From a bacterium GBS-1 (GTDB lineage: Bacteria > Synergistota > GBS-1), in contig LEKQ01000001.1 in assembly GCA_001443005.1 (NCBI GenBank), positions 594,542-658,541 on the forward strand: a stretch of 64,000 bases of DNA, written 5' to 3'. The notes under the pieces were generated by a model. The model worked only from the letters and a program-made list of their open reading frames with translations, was not told the DNA's origin and did no database searches. How positions within the stretch are numbered: position 1 is the stretch's first letter; the number at the start of each line of letters is the position of its first letter. The position numbers were made by a program, and so were the translations under genes. This document shows positions 29,163 through 38,596 of the stretch, in pieces.

Positions 29163-30035
29163 ATGACAGGATCAAGGAAAGCTGATAAAATATTTAAAGG
29201 AATGAAAAGGCTATTACTCTTCCTAGGGGTCTTTATAGTTTCCTTCTCTGGAATAATGATAAGATTAAGTTCCGCTAACCCCTCTTCTATCGCCTTTTAC
29301 AGATGTCTAATAGCTTCCCTATGCTATGCATTAGCTTTGAGAGGAAGCTTTAAAAGGTTCGACCTTAAGAAGGAATTGCTCCTTTTGGTCGCCGGAGCCT
29401 TCCTTTCCATGCACTTTTTCTTCTGGATAAGCTCCTTCGAACATACTACGGTGGCAGGTGCTGTCATTCCCTTGATGCTTCAGCCCTTCCTAACATCGAT
29501 AATTTCCTTCCTACTTTACAGGGAAAGGGTATCCCCCACTCAAATCCTAGCGACCTTAATAGTCCTTTCAGGAATAACGCTGATGATGTTCTGGGATGCA
29601 AAGGCTTCCATTAGGCTATCCTTTGGAGACTTACTCTCCCTTATAGGAACCGTTTTTTTATGCGGGTTCATCCTAACCGGGAAATACCTAATCCCTAAGA
29701 TTGGAACCCTTAACTTTAACCTGAGAAGCTATGTAATTGCAAGTTTAATTCTCTTTCTAGCAAGTTATGAGAGATCCATGCAGGTCTTTCCGCTAAGAGA
29801 GTGGCTTATATTCTCAGGCCTTGGGGTAGGGTGTTCCTTCTTAGGCTACACGCTAATTAATAATTCCTTAAAGTTCTTCGGCGCAGGCACGATAGCGATG
29901 GCCTTGGTTGGCGAACCCGTGCTTAGCATATTATGGTCCTGGGTCCTTTTGGGCGAGAAAGCAACCTTTCCTCAGTTTTTCGGCCTTCTAACATCTATCG
30001 TCGGAATGATCATCTTCTTTAGAGCGAAGCTTTAA
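29163..30035 (+). CDS. EamA/DMT-family transporter
   Basis: About 10 predicted hydrophobic helices in a two-repeat arrangement; real start may be the ATG at about 29202. Confidence 0.7.
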   Translation: MTGSRKADKIFKGMKRLLLFLGVFIVSFSGIMIRLSSANPSSIAFYRCLIASLCYALALRGSFKRFDLKKELLLLVAGAFLSMHFFFWISSFEHTTVAGAVIPLMLQPFLTSIISFLLYRERVSPTQILATLIVLSGITLMMFWDAKASIRLSFGDLLSLIGTVFLCGFILTGKYLIPKIGTLNFNLRSYVIASLILFLASYERSMQVFPLREWLIFSGLGVGCSFLGYTLINNSLKFFGAGTIAMALVGEPVLSILWSWVLLGEKATFPQFFGLLTSIVGMIIFFRAKL

Positions 30036-30608
30036 CTTGCTTAATAGAAGGTCAACCTTTCTCTCTAACTCCTTAAGATCACCATCGTTATAGATAACGT
30101 AGTCTGCCAAGCGTTCTTTCTCCTCCAAAGGAAGCTGCTTAGACATCCTATCCCTTATCTCCTCTTCACTCCAACCACGAGATTTCCTTAATCTCTCTAC
30201 AACCACATCGAGGGAAGCAGTAACAACGACTACGAGGTCAACATCATAGGCTCCACCAGCTTCGAAGAGAAGGGGAATTTCAACAACAAGGTCATCGTTC
30301 GCTTTGCGAGCTCTCTCTATCTCTACCTTAATCCTCTCCCTAACTAGGGGGTGAAGCAGGGAGTTCAAAGATGATAGTTTAGAATCATCCTTAAAAACTA
30401 TACCTGCAAGGCTCTTTCTATTCACCTCCCCTCTATCGTCAAATATACAATCGCCGAAAAGCTCCCTAAGCTTGGCTTTAACCCAAGCTTCCCTTAAAAG
30501 CTCATGAACGATATCATCAGCGCTTATGACCTTCAAACCCCTTTCTCTTAATATTCTCGCGACCTCGCTCTTCCCGCAACCTATGCCCCCGGTTAAGCCT
30601 ATTATCAT
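29988..30608 (-). CDS. coaE: Dephospho-CoA kinase
   Basis: N-terminal IIGLTGGIGCGKSEVA P-loop and CoaE length. Confidence 0.85.
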   Translation of the reverse strand: MIIGLTGGIGCGKSEVARILRERGLKVISADDIVHELLREAWVKAKLRELFGDCIFDDRGEVNRKSLAGIVFKDDSKLSSLNSLLHPLVRERIKVEIERARKANDDLVVEIPLLFEAGGAYDVDLVVVVTASLDVVVERLRKSRGWSEEEIRDRMSKQLPLEEKERLADYVIYNDGDLKELERKVDLLLSKLKLRSKEDDHSDDRC

Positions 30609-30609
30609 A

Positions 30610-32493
30610 TTAATCCTCTATAACCATCTTGTGTATAGACCTTATCTCATCGATGAACATAGAAAGAGAGTAAGACATGGTCCTTCCATAGATCCTGCGC
30701 ATCCTACAAGCGGTCATGTATAGTCTATCCATGGCCCTCGTCATTCCAACGTAGCAGAGACGCCTCTCCTCCTCAAGCTCATCACGATTATTGAAGCTCC
30801 TATAAAGCGGGAAAAGCCCCTGCTCCATGCCAACCATAAATACCACTGGGAACTCAAGCCCCTTAGAGGCATGCAACGTCATCATGTTTATCGCATCCTC
30901 AGTGCCCCTCTTAAGGTCCTGATCTGTATATAGAGAGATCTTGTCTAAGAAGGCGGTGAGGGTTAGATGAGGTTCTTCCTCCTCCATACGACTTATAACC
31001 GTTAAAAGCTCCTCAAGGTTCCTTATCCTATCCTCACCCTCATCACCAAGAGAGCGAAGCATATCTATGTAGCCACTTTTTTCAAGAAGCTCTATGAAAA
31101 GCTCCCTCAAGGGAACCTTATCCACCTTCTCCCTGAAACTATCTATCAAGTCAGAGAAAGAGAGCAAGGACTTCTTCACCTTAGACGGTGCTGGAAAGCT
31201 CCTTATACCCTCCCATATGGTTAAATTATTCTCTAACAGATACTCCCTCAGGGAAAGCAACGTTTTCTTCCCTACACCTCTCGAGGGAGTAGAGATGGCT
31301 CTTTCAAGACCTAGAATATCATAGGGCATAACGAGTATTCTCAGATAAGCTAAGGCATCCTTAATCTCCTTCCTCTCATAGAAGCGAACGCCACGGACTA
31401 TCCTATAGGGAAAGCCACTCCTTAAAAAGAGCTCTTCATAAAACCGAGATTGGGCATTGGTTCTATAAAAAAGAGCTATATCCTTGAAGGAATACCCCTC
31501 TTTAGTTAGGGATGATATCTCATCCACGATGAACCTTCCCTCTTCTATATCGCTATCCCCCACGTAGACTACAACCGGTCTACCTCTACCCCTTTCGGTC
31601 CACAGCTTCTTAGGAAATCTACTTTCATTGTTAGCTATAACGCTATTTGCCGCTTCAAGAATCGACTGGGTTGACCGATAGTTTCTTTCAAGGTAAATTA
31701 TCTTAGCATCTGGGAAATCTTCCCTAAAATTAAGTATTATCTTTGGGTCTGCTCCTCTCCAACTATATATAGATTGATCCGGATCACCTACCGCAGTTAG
31801 GTTTCTGCTCCCTGACGATATTATCTTGGTCAAAAGAAACTGAGGCCTATTTATATCCTGATACTCATCGACAAGCACATATTTAAACCTTTTTGTATAC
31901 TTCTCTCTTACGCTGTCCACCCTAAGGAGTTTAAGTGGTTCAAGGAGAAGGTCATCAAAATCAACGAGATAAAGATCTTTTTTCCTTTTCTCATACTCAA
32001 AATATATATCTCCCAAAACCTTATCCTTAGCGGTGTAGGCGATAAACTCCTCTGGAGAAACCATAGAGTTCTTAAGTAAGCTTATTCTGGAAGCACAAAA
32101 CTGAGGAGTTATACCATCCAGCTTGGGGGAAATCTCCCCTATTATCTCCTTTAAAAGCTCCTCTCTGTCATCCTCGTCCAACACTGACACCTTGTGCCCT
32201 TCTGATCTAAGAACCCTAAGCCCGAAGGAGTGAAATGTAGATATAATCATATCCTTTGCCCTTTCACCGACGAGCCTAATGACCCTATCCCTCATCTCAT
32301 CGGCCGCCTTATTAGTGAAGGTAACCGCTAATATCTCCTCTGGAAAGGCAAGCCCCTCAGCCAAGATATAGGCTATCTTATATGTTACTACCCTGGTCTT
32401 ACCGCTACCCGCACCCGCAAGGACTAAAAGGGGCCCCTTCGTATAAGTGACGGCTTCCCTTTGCTCCTCGTTCAACTCCTTAAGAAAGTCCAT
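30610..32493 (-). CDS. UvrD/PcrA/Rep-family ATP-dependent DNA helicase (short form, 627 aa)
   Basis: Walker A GAGSGKTRV, motif Ia TFHSFG, motif II VLVDEYQD. Confidence 0.8.
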   Translation of the reverse strand: MDFLKELNEEQREAVTYTKGPLLVLAGAGSGKTRVVTYKIAYILAEGLAFPEEILAVTFTNKAADEMRDRVIRLVGERAKDMIISTFHSFGLRVLRSEGHKVSVLDEDDREELLKEIIGEISPKLDGITPQFCASRISLLKNSMVSPEEFIAYTAKDKVLGDIYFEYEKRKKDLYLVDFDDLLLEPLKLLRVDSVREKYTKRFKYVLVDEYQDINRPQFLLTKIISSGSRNLTAVGDPDQSIYSWRGADPKIILNFREDFPDAKIIYLERNYRSTQSILEAANSVIANNESRFPKKLWTERGRGRPVVVYVGDSDIEEGRFIVDEISSLTKEGYSFKDIALFYRTNAQSRFYEELFLRSGFPYRIVRGVRFYERKEIKDALAYLRILVMPYDILGLERAISTPSRGVGKKTLLSLREYLLENNLTIWEGIRSFPAPSKVKKSLLSFSDLIDSFREKVDKVPLRELFIELLEKSGYIDMLRSLGDEGEDRIRNLEELLTVISRMEEEEPHLTLTAFLDKISLYTDQDLKRGTEDAINMMTLHASKGLEFPVVFMVGMEQGLFPLYRSFNNRDELEEERRLCYVGMTRAMDRLYMTACRMRRIYGRTMSYSLSMFIDEIRSIHKMVIED

Positions 32494-33268
32494 AAACCTC
32501 TGGTGCCCTGTCCTTAAAGACAGGGATCATCTCCCTGACCTCCTTAACCTTATCTACATTTATCTCTGCAAATATGACCGTTTCAATATCGCTCCCACCT
32601 GCTATAATATCGCCCCATGGGTCGATCACCAGAGAGCTTCCACCAAACACCAGGTCACCCTCCTGACCGCACCTATTAACCCCTATAACATAGCATTGAT
32701 TCTCTATAGCTCTTGCCTGAAGCAGTATCTTCCAGTGGTTTATGCGCGCTAACGGCCACTGGGCGGGAACGAAGATAACCTCCGCTCCCTTCAAGGCGAG
32801 CGATCGAAAAAGCTCGGGAAAACGAAGATCATAGCAAATAGTTAAACCGCATTTCACCCCTTCTAGCTCAAAGAGACAAAGATCACTTCCTCGCTCAAAG
32901 ACTCGATCCTCACCCATAAGCCCAAAGAGGTGTATCTTCCTATAAACCCCAAGGAGCTTCCCCATCCTATTAAATACAAAGGAAGTATTATATATTTTAC
33001 CCTTATCAATAAAGGGGATACTGCCTCCAACTACGTTAACGTTATAGTGGCTAGCAATATCCATTAAAAACTTTAAGGTTTTAGGGTTTTCATTTGACGC
33101 AATTTCTCTTAAGTTCTTAATATCGTAGCTCGTGTCCCACATCTCCGGAAGAATCACGATATCGGGGTTCTTCCCTTTCGTCCTCTCAAGTAAAGCTTTT
33201 ACCCTCTGCCTATTGGCCTCTGGATCACCGAGCTTTACATCAAACTGAAACAAAGCCACTTTAAGCAA
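32480..33268 (-). CDS. Carbon-nitrogen hydrolase (nitrilase superfamily)
   Basis: Catalytic E/K/C context (ILPEMW, KIHLF, ICYDLRFPE). Confidence 0.8.
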   Translation of the reverse strand: MLKVALFQFDVKLGDPEANRQRVKALLERTKGKNPDIVILPEMWDTSYDIKNLREIASNENPKTLKFLMDIASHYNVNVVGGSIPFIDKGKIYNTSFVFNRMGKLLGVYRKIHLFGLMGEDRVFERGSDLCLFELEGVKCGLTICYDLRFPELFRSLALKGAEVIFVPAQWPLARINHWKILLQARAIENQCYVIGVNRCGQEGDLVFGGSSLVIDPWGDIIAGGSDIETVIFAEINVDKVKEVREMIPVFKDRAPEVYGLS

Positions 33269-33332
33269 TTTAATTCCCCCCTCTTAGTATTCGAACTCAT
33301 GAAATATTATATCACCTTTTCGCAAGCCCCCG

Positions 33333-33378
33333 TTGACTTTTAGAGCGCTTTAGATTATATTGATTTTAAAAGCGCTTT
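33333..33378 (+). promoter_or_regulatory. Candidate sigma-70-type promoter of the TAXI-TRAP operon with two AAAGCGCTTT-type palindromic boxes
   Basis: -35 TTGACT (33333-33338), 17-bp spacer, -10 TATATT (33356-33361); box AGAGCGCTTT at 33342-33351 and perfect palindrome AAAGCGCTTT at 33369-33378. Confidence 0.4.
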
Positions 33379-33392
33379 AAGGGGGGATAAGC

Positions 33393-34394
33393 ATGAAAAG
33401 GTTAGCCTTAGCAATTTTGATCGTTGCTTTAGGGTTCTCGCTGTTTGCAGGTACAAGTTTAGCCCAACTTAAGTTTATAGTCATAGGAACAGGTTCAACA
33501 GGAGGAACCTTCTATCCAGCTGGAACCGTCTTAGCGAACACTTTCAACACTTATCTCAAGGATCTGGGAATCAAGTGGTCAGCGCAGGCATCTGGTGGAA
33601 GCATAGAGAACCTATCGATGCTTTCAAGGAAAGAGATACAAATGGGGATAGCAGGAAGCGCACCAGCCTCTTGGGCATACGAAGGCAAGGAAATGTTCGA
33701 GGGAAAGCCAATTAAAAACATCAGAGCTATAACGACCTTGTGGCCGGAGATGACTCAAGTGATATACAGAAAGGACTCTGGGATAAAGCACTGGAAGGAC
33801 CTCAAAGGAAGAAAAGTAGCTGTTGGTCCTGCGGGAAATCCACACTTCTACATGGCATCGCTCCTTAAGGCAACCGCTGATTTGACCTTTAACGACATAA
33901 TTCCAGAATATATGGGATACGGCGATTCGGTAGAAGCCCTCCAAAGCAGACTTATAGATGCAGCTTACCTTTCCGCTGGAATCCCAACACCTGCCGTAGC
34001 CCAAGCCTACGCAGGTAGAGTTCCAGTAGATATGCTTGAGATATCCGATGAAGAGCTCGATAGACTCCAGAAGATAGCGCCTTTCTATGTTAGAGGCATT
34101 ATACCCAAGGGAACTTATCCAGGACAAGACAGAGACCTTAAGGTGGCCGCTAACCCCACGGTCTTGCTTGTGGAAAAGGACCTACCAGAAGATATAGTCT
34201 ACAAGATGGTCGAGGTTATCTACGCAAAGGCACTAGATGAGATAAGAAAACAGCATAAGGCCTTATCTTACCTGAGCTTAGAAAGCGCAACACAGGTGGG
34301 AGGAATTCCTTTCCATCCTGGCGCCATAAAATTCTACAAGGAAAAGGGAATAAAGGTAAGCGAGGATATAATACCTCCAGAGATGAAGAAGTAA
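33393..34394 (+). CDS. TAXI-family TRAP transporter solute-binding protein
   Basis: Signal peptide followed by IGTGSTGGTFYPAG TAXI motif. Confidence 0.8.
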   Translation: MKRLALAILIVALGFSLFAGTSLAQLKFIVIGTGSTGGTFYPAGTVLANTFNTYLKDLGIKWSAQASGGSIENLSMLSRKEIQMGIAGSAPASWAYEGKEMFEGKPIKNIRAITTLWPEMTQVIYRKDSGIKHWKDLKGRKVAVGPAGNPHFYMASLLKATADLTFNDIIPEYMGYGDSVEALQSRLIDAAYLSAGIPTPAVAQAYAGRVPVDMLEISDEELDRLQKIAPFYVRGIIPKGTYPGQDRDLKVAANPTVLLVEKDLPEDIVYKMVEVIYAKALDEIRKQHKALSYLSLESATQVGGIPFHPGAIKFYKEKGIKVSEDIIPPEMKK

Positions 34395-34422
34395 ATTAAG
34401 GTAAGTAAAGCGCTTTCTCTCC

Positions 34423-34462
34423 AAAAGGTGGTGTCGCTAGCTTGAACGACACCACCTTTTTA
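34423..34462 (+). terminator. Rho-independent terminator or attenuator after the TAXI binding-protein gene
   Basis: AAGGTGGTGTCG-ctagcttgaa-CGACACCACCTT followed by TTTTTA; a third AAAGCGCTTT box lies at 34407-34416 just upstream. Confidence 0.6.
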
Positions 34463-34492
34463 TAATTTTACAGATGAGGGGGAATTAAGGGT

Positions 34493-36370
34493 ATGCGCAA
34501 GCTTAGTGGAAAGACAGCAACGTGGGCTTTAATATTTGCCGTTTTCGTTTCCCTATTTCACGTATGGATGAATAGCATAGGCCTAACGGAGATAATAAAG
34601 AAAAACATAGCACATGTATGCTTACTTATGTCTCTTGCATTCCTATACTATCCTGCAACATCTAAATCTCCAAAGGATAGACCCTCCTTATTAGACTGGG
34701 TTTTTTCCTTTATATCTATAGCCATTACTATTTACTTCTTCCTAAGCTATGAGAAGATCATAAAGAGCGTGTTTAACCCAACGACGCTAGACTTCGTCTA
34801 TGGAATAAGTCTTATGATACTGCTTACCGAAGCCTCAAGGAGAGTGGTAGGGGTTCCCCTAACTCTTCTATCTGTTATGTTTCTAGTTTACGCTTACTTC
34901 GGTCCCTACTTTCCCGAGCCCTTCACTCATCAAGGCTATAACTTAAGAAGGATAATCATAAGGATGACCATGACTGACGAAGGTATACCTGGAATAGCGT
35001 TAATGGTATCATCCTCCTACGTGTTCATGTTCGTGCTCTTCTCAAGCTTCCTAAGGGCCAGTGGAACATCGAAGTTCTTCAATGACTTCGCCTCAGCATT
35101 AGCTGGGAAGAGAAGAGGAGGGCCAGCTAAGATAGCTATAGTGGCAAGCGCTTTAACGGGAACCATAAGCGGCAGCGCTCAAGCAAATGTGGTTACGACA
35201 GGCAGCTTCACCATCCCTCTAATGATTCAAATAGGATATAAGCCTTACTTCGCAGCAGCGGTAGAAGCTATAGCCTCCACGGGAGGCATCATCATGCCCC
35301 CCATAATGGGAGCAGCTGCCTTCATAATGAGCTCCTTCTTAGGCGTTCCCTATCTTAAAATAATGTACGCGGGTTTTATCCCTGCCTTACTCTATTACTT
35401 CAGCTTATATCACATGGTTGACTTGGGCGCTGTAAAGTGGGGGCTTGAAGGACTACCACCGGAAAAGCTCCCCAATGTCAAGGATGTGTTCAAGGAAAGA
35501 GGACATATGGTTGTTCCTCTAGTAGCTCTAATAGTCGCACTTATAATGGGCTTCAGCCCTATCATAAGCGCGCTCTTCGGGCTCGCTCTTATACTGATAT
35601 TGGGAAACTTGAGAAAATCAACCAGGATGTCATTAAAAGACATAATAAAGGCGCTTTATGAGAGCGCAATAGATTCTATATCAATCGCGGTAGTATGCGG
35701 TATAGTAGGGTATATCATAGGTGTGGTAGGGATGACCGGCTTGGGTCAGGAAATAGGATACACGATACTCCGTTTTTCTCAGGGAAACTTAACGTTAACC
35801 TTAATCACCTGCATGATAACAGCCATAATCCTCGGTATGGCACTACCTGCAGCTGCCTGTTACATAATAACAGTCACCGTAGCCGCCCCAGCGCTCATGA
35901 TGATAGGGGTTGAGCCATTAGTCGCCCACTTTTTCGCTTTCTACTTCGGAACCATGTCCGCCGTCATCCCACCCGTAGCGCTCACATCCTATACAGCAGC
36001 TGCTATAGCTAAGGCTCCACCAACCAAAGTAGCAATAACGGGACTTGGCTTAGGGATAGCTGGATTAATAATACCTTATCTATATGCTTATAATCCTGTC
36101 TTGCTATTGATAGACTTCTCTTGGGGGAAATTTATTTGGGCTATAGCCTTTAGCTTCGTAGCGCTATACTCTATGGCCATAACTGTGATAGGCGTTATCC
36201 CTTCATCGAAGGAGCTCTCGATCTACGAAAGGGGGATTTTTGGGCTCTCTTCAATATTGATGATGCCTAATTCAAACAACCTTAAGATCCTTGGTCTTCT
36301 CCTTTTCCTAGCAGCCTACATTACTCACAAAAGGCTAAAAAAAACTGATCCTCGAAAACAATTAATGTAA
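34493..36370 (+). CDS. TRAP transporter fused permease (DctQM-like, TAXI-associated)
   Basis: 625 aa polytopic membrane protein immediately downstream of the TAXI binding protein. Confidence 0.8.
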   Translation: MRKLSGKTATWALIFAVFVSLFHVWMNSIGLTEIIKKNIAHVCLLMSLAFLYYPATSKSPKDRPSLLDWVFSFISIAITIYFFLSYEKIIKSVFNPTTLDFVYGISLMILLTEASRRVVGVPLTLLSVMFLVYAYFGPYFPEPFTHQGYNLRRIIIRMTMTDEGIPGIALMVSSSYVFMFVLFSSFLRASGTSKFFNDFASALAGKRRGGPAKIAIVASALTGTISGSAQANVVTTGSFTIPLMIQIGYKPYFAAAVEAIASTGGIIMPPIMGAAAFIMSSFLGVPYLKIMYAGFIPALLYYFSLYHMVDLGAVKWGLEGLPPEKLPNVKDVFKERGHMVVPLVALIVALIMGFSPIISALFGLALILILGNLRKSTRMSLKDIIKALYESAIDSISIAVVCGIVGYIIGVVGMTGLGQEIGYTILRFSQGNLTLTLITCMITAIILGMALPAAACYIITVTVAAPALMMIGVEPLVAHFFAFYFGTMSAVIPPVALTSYTAAAIAKAPPTKVAITGLGLGIAGLIIPYLYAYNPVLLLIDFSWGKFIWAIAFSFVALYSMAITVIGVIPSSKELSIYERGIFGLSSILMMPNSNNLKILGLLLFLAAYITHKRLKKTDPRKQLM

Positions 36371-36399
36371 CGGGAGGATGGGGATACGCTCCTCCCGTT
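36369..36399. terminator. Stem-loop between convergent TRAP permease and glnA (possible bidirectional terminator)
   Basis: AACGGGAGG-atggggatacgct-CCTCCCGTT, 9-bp stem, in the 32-bp gap between convergent stop codons. Confidence 0.45.
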
Positions 36400-36402
36400 A
36401 AT

Positions 36403-37743
36403 TTATAAGATGGGAAGATATCTCTTTACCTCAAACTCGGTCACCTGAGCACGATATATATCCCACTCCTTCTTCTTATTACGGATAAAGCTCTCGAACA
36501 CATGGTCTCCCAAACACTCCCTCACGAGCTCGCTTTTCTCCATCACAGATATGGCTTCCCCTAAGCTTCCAGGGAGTGTCTCTATTCCAAGTCTTCTTCT
36601 CTCCTCATCGGTAAGCTCGTAAACGTCCACCTCCACAGGTGGTGGAGGCTCAAGCCCCTCTTCAACCCCCTTAAGTCCTGCAGCCAACATAACGGAAAAA
36701 GCAAGATAAGGATTACACGCTGGGTCAGGAGCGCGATACTCCACTCGCGCTGCCCTTTCCGTGCCTATTCCAAAGGCGGGAACCCTAACTAAAGCTGAGC
36801 GATTCTTTCTCCCCCAGCATATGTAAGCAGGAGCCTCATAACCGGGTATCAGGCGCTTATAAGAGTTAACCCACTGGCAAGTGATCGCCGTGATCTCACG
36901 AGAGTACTTCAAGAGACCGGCTACAAAGCTAAGCCCTATTCCAGAAAGTCCATAATATCCATTAGGATCATAAAAGGCGTTCCTATCACCCTTAAACAGC
37001 GACTGGTGAACATGCATACCACTACCATTAATTCCATAAACAGGCTTAGGCATAAAGGTCGCATAGACGTTATTCTCTAAAGCCACCTGCTTAACTACCA
37101 CCTTATACGTCATAACGTTATCAGCCATCGTTAGAGCATCTGTATACTTTATATCAACTTCATGCTGGCTATAGGCTACCTCGTGATGACTAAACTCCAC
37201 GCTTATACCCATCTCATTCAACATGAGGACAGTCTGACGTCTGAGATCTATCGCCATATCGAGAGGCGTCGCATCGAAATACCCACCGTAGTCAAGAAAA
37301 TCAGTTCCATCCGAAGATTTAAAGTAAAAATACTCGAGTTCAGGCCCTACATAGTAGGTAAACCCCTTCTCTGCCGCTTTCTTCAGGTTACGCTTAAGAA
37401 CATAGCGTGGGTCTCCCTCAAAGGCTTTACCATCAGATGTTAAGATATCACAAAACATCCTTGCTACCCCGTACTCTTTAGGACGCCACGGAAGGATGCA
37501 AAATGTGGTAGGATCAGGCATAGCGATCATATCGCTCTCCTCAATGCGAACAAAACCCTCAATAGACGATCCATCGAAGCCCACACCCTGTTCTAAGGCT
37601 CCCGGGAGCTCATCCGCCGTTATCGTGAAGCTCTTAAGGAATCCCAAAATATCGGTAAACCAAAGTTTGATGAACTTAATGTTTCGCTCCTTAACAAGTC
37701 TCATCACATACTCCTTAGGATCACCAACCATTTTCATCTTCAT
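36403..37743 (-). CDS. glnA: Glutamine synthetase (short type I, about 446 aa)
   Basis: GS N- and C-domain layout (IKFIKLWFTDILG; GPELEYFYF). Confidence 0.85.
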   Translation of the reverse strand: MKMKMVGDPKEYVMRLVKERNIKFIKLWFTDILGFLKSFTITADELPGALEQGVGFDGSSIEGFVRIEESDMIAMPDPTTFCILPWRPKEYGVARMFCDILTSDGKAFEGDPRYVLKRNLKKAAEKGFTYYVGPELEYFYFKSSDGTDFLDYGGYFDATPLDMAIDLRRQTVLMLNEMGISVEFSHHEVAYSQHEVDIKYTDALTMADNVMTYKVVVKQVALENNVYATFMPKPVYGINGSGMHVHQSLFKGDRNAFYDPNGYYGLSGIGLSFVAGLLKYSREITAITCQWVNSYKRLIPGYEAPAYICWGRKNRSALVRVPAFGIGTERAARVEYRAPDPACNPYLAFSVMLAAGLKGVEEGLEPPPPVEVDVYELTDEERRRLGIETLPGSLGEAISVMEKSELVRECLGDHVFESFIRNKKKEWDIYRAQVTEFEVKRYLPIL

Positions 37744-37858
37744 GACCTCCTTAGCCTAAAGCTGCATTTTGTCAAATTATACCCAGCCAAGTTCACAGAA
37801 GTTTTTCAGGATTGTTACAAATTTGTTTCCTAATAGCGATCAGCAATTAAACTTAAAA

Positions 37859-38566
37859 TCATTCTTCCTCATCACTGAACTTATATCCTATGTTCCTTAC
37901 CGTCTGAATATATTTATGATCATAATCCCCAAGTTTATTTCTAAGCCTACTTATATGAGTATCAACCGTTCTACTACCACCATAATAGTCATAGCCCCAA
38001 ACTTTGTTAAGAAGCTCTTCTCTCGTGAAAACTCTACCCCTATTGGTGATAAGGAGCTTCAAAAGCTCGTACTCCTTAAAGGTTAAGGGGATAAACCTAC
38101 CCCTTAAAATCACCTTATACCTTTCCATGTCTATCATAAGGTCACCGCATCTTATCACCCTTTCATCCTTAAAAGATGAGGATCCCTTCCTCAACAACCT
38201 TCTCACCCTAAGAAATAACTCCTCAGACGATATCGGCTTAACAAGGAAATCCTTAAAAAGATTATCCTCCGCAAGAAAGGCAAAACTCCATTCCTTCTCA
38301 GAAACAAGGGCAACTATAGGAATATCTTTTGATGAAAGAAAGTTTAAGACATCACTCAAAGTGTACTCCATATCGGACAGGGATTCAAAGAGGTCTAAAT
38401 CAACGAGGAATAGGTCAAAAAAGTGTCCTTCCCTCTCAAGCTCATCAAGAAACTCGTCCGGATCCTCAAAAATCATGAGGGCAATACCCTTCCTTGAAAA
38501 CTCCTTTAAAGCATTCCTAAGATCCTCCTTCTTCGCTAAAAGAGCCAGTCTCACAAAAACTACCAC
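37859..38566 (-). CDS. OmpR-family winged-helix response regulator with an atypical receiver domain
   Basis: C-terminal OmpR/PhoB-type DNA-binding domain (TREELLNKVWGYDYYGGSRTVDTHISRLRNKL); receiver retains LVDLDL and KP but lacks the usual N-terminal acidic pair. Confidence 0.7.
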   Translation of the reverse strand: MVVFVRLALLAKKEDLRNALKEFSRKGIALMIFEDPDEFLDELEREGHFFDLFLVDLDLFESLSDMEYTLSDVLNFLSSKDIPIVALVSEKEWSFAFLAEDNLFKDFLVKPISSEELFLRVRRLLRKGSSSFKDERVIRCGDLMIDMERYKVILRGRFIPLTFKEYELLKLLITNRGRVFTREELLNKVWGYDYYGGSRTVDTHISRLRNKLGDYDHKYIQTVRNIGYKFSDEEE

Positions 38567-38596
38567 CTTCCAGGAAAGAAAGCGATATTTTTAAAA

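Noticed and set aside
30610-33268. UvrD-like helicase next to a nitrilase-family hydrolase as a possible phage-defence pair
   Set aside because: The helicase carries all canonical PcrA/UvrD motifs and is flanked by housekeeping coaE; no nuclease, OLD-family ATPase or other known defence partner is present, and the adjacency to a CN-hydrolase matches no defence architecture I know.
37744-37858. Possible GlnR/TnrA-type box (TGTNA-N7-TNACA) upstream of glnA
   Set aside because: Candidate half-sites TGTCA...TCACA are 18 bp apart and TGTTACAAATTTGTTTCC does not fit the 17-bp consensus; insufficient match.
38004-38594. 196-aa plus-strand ORF overlapping the response regulator gene
   Set aside because: Ser/Lys-rich antisense translation; the minus-strand regulator has a clear OmpR-type DNA-binding domain.
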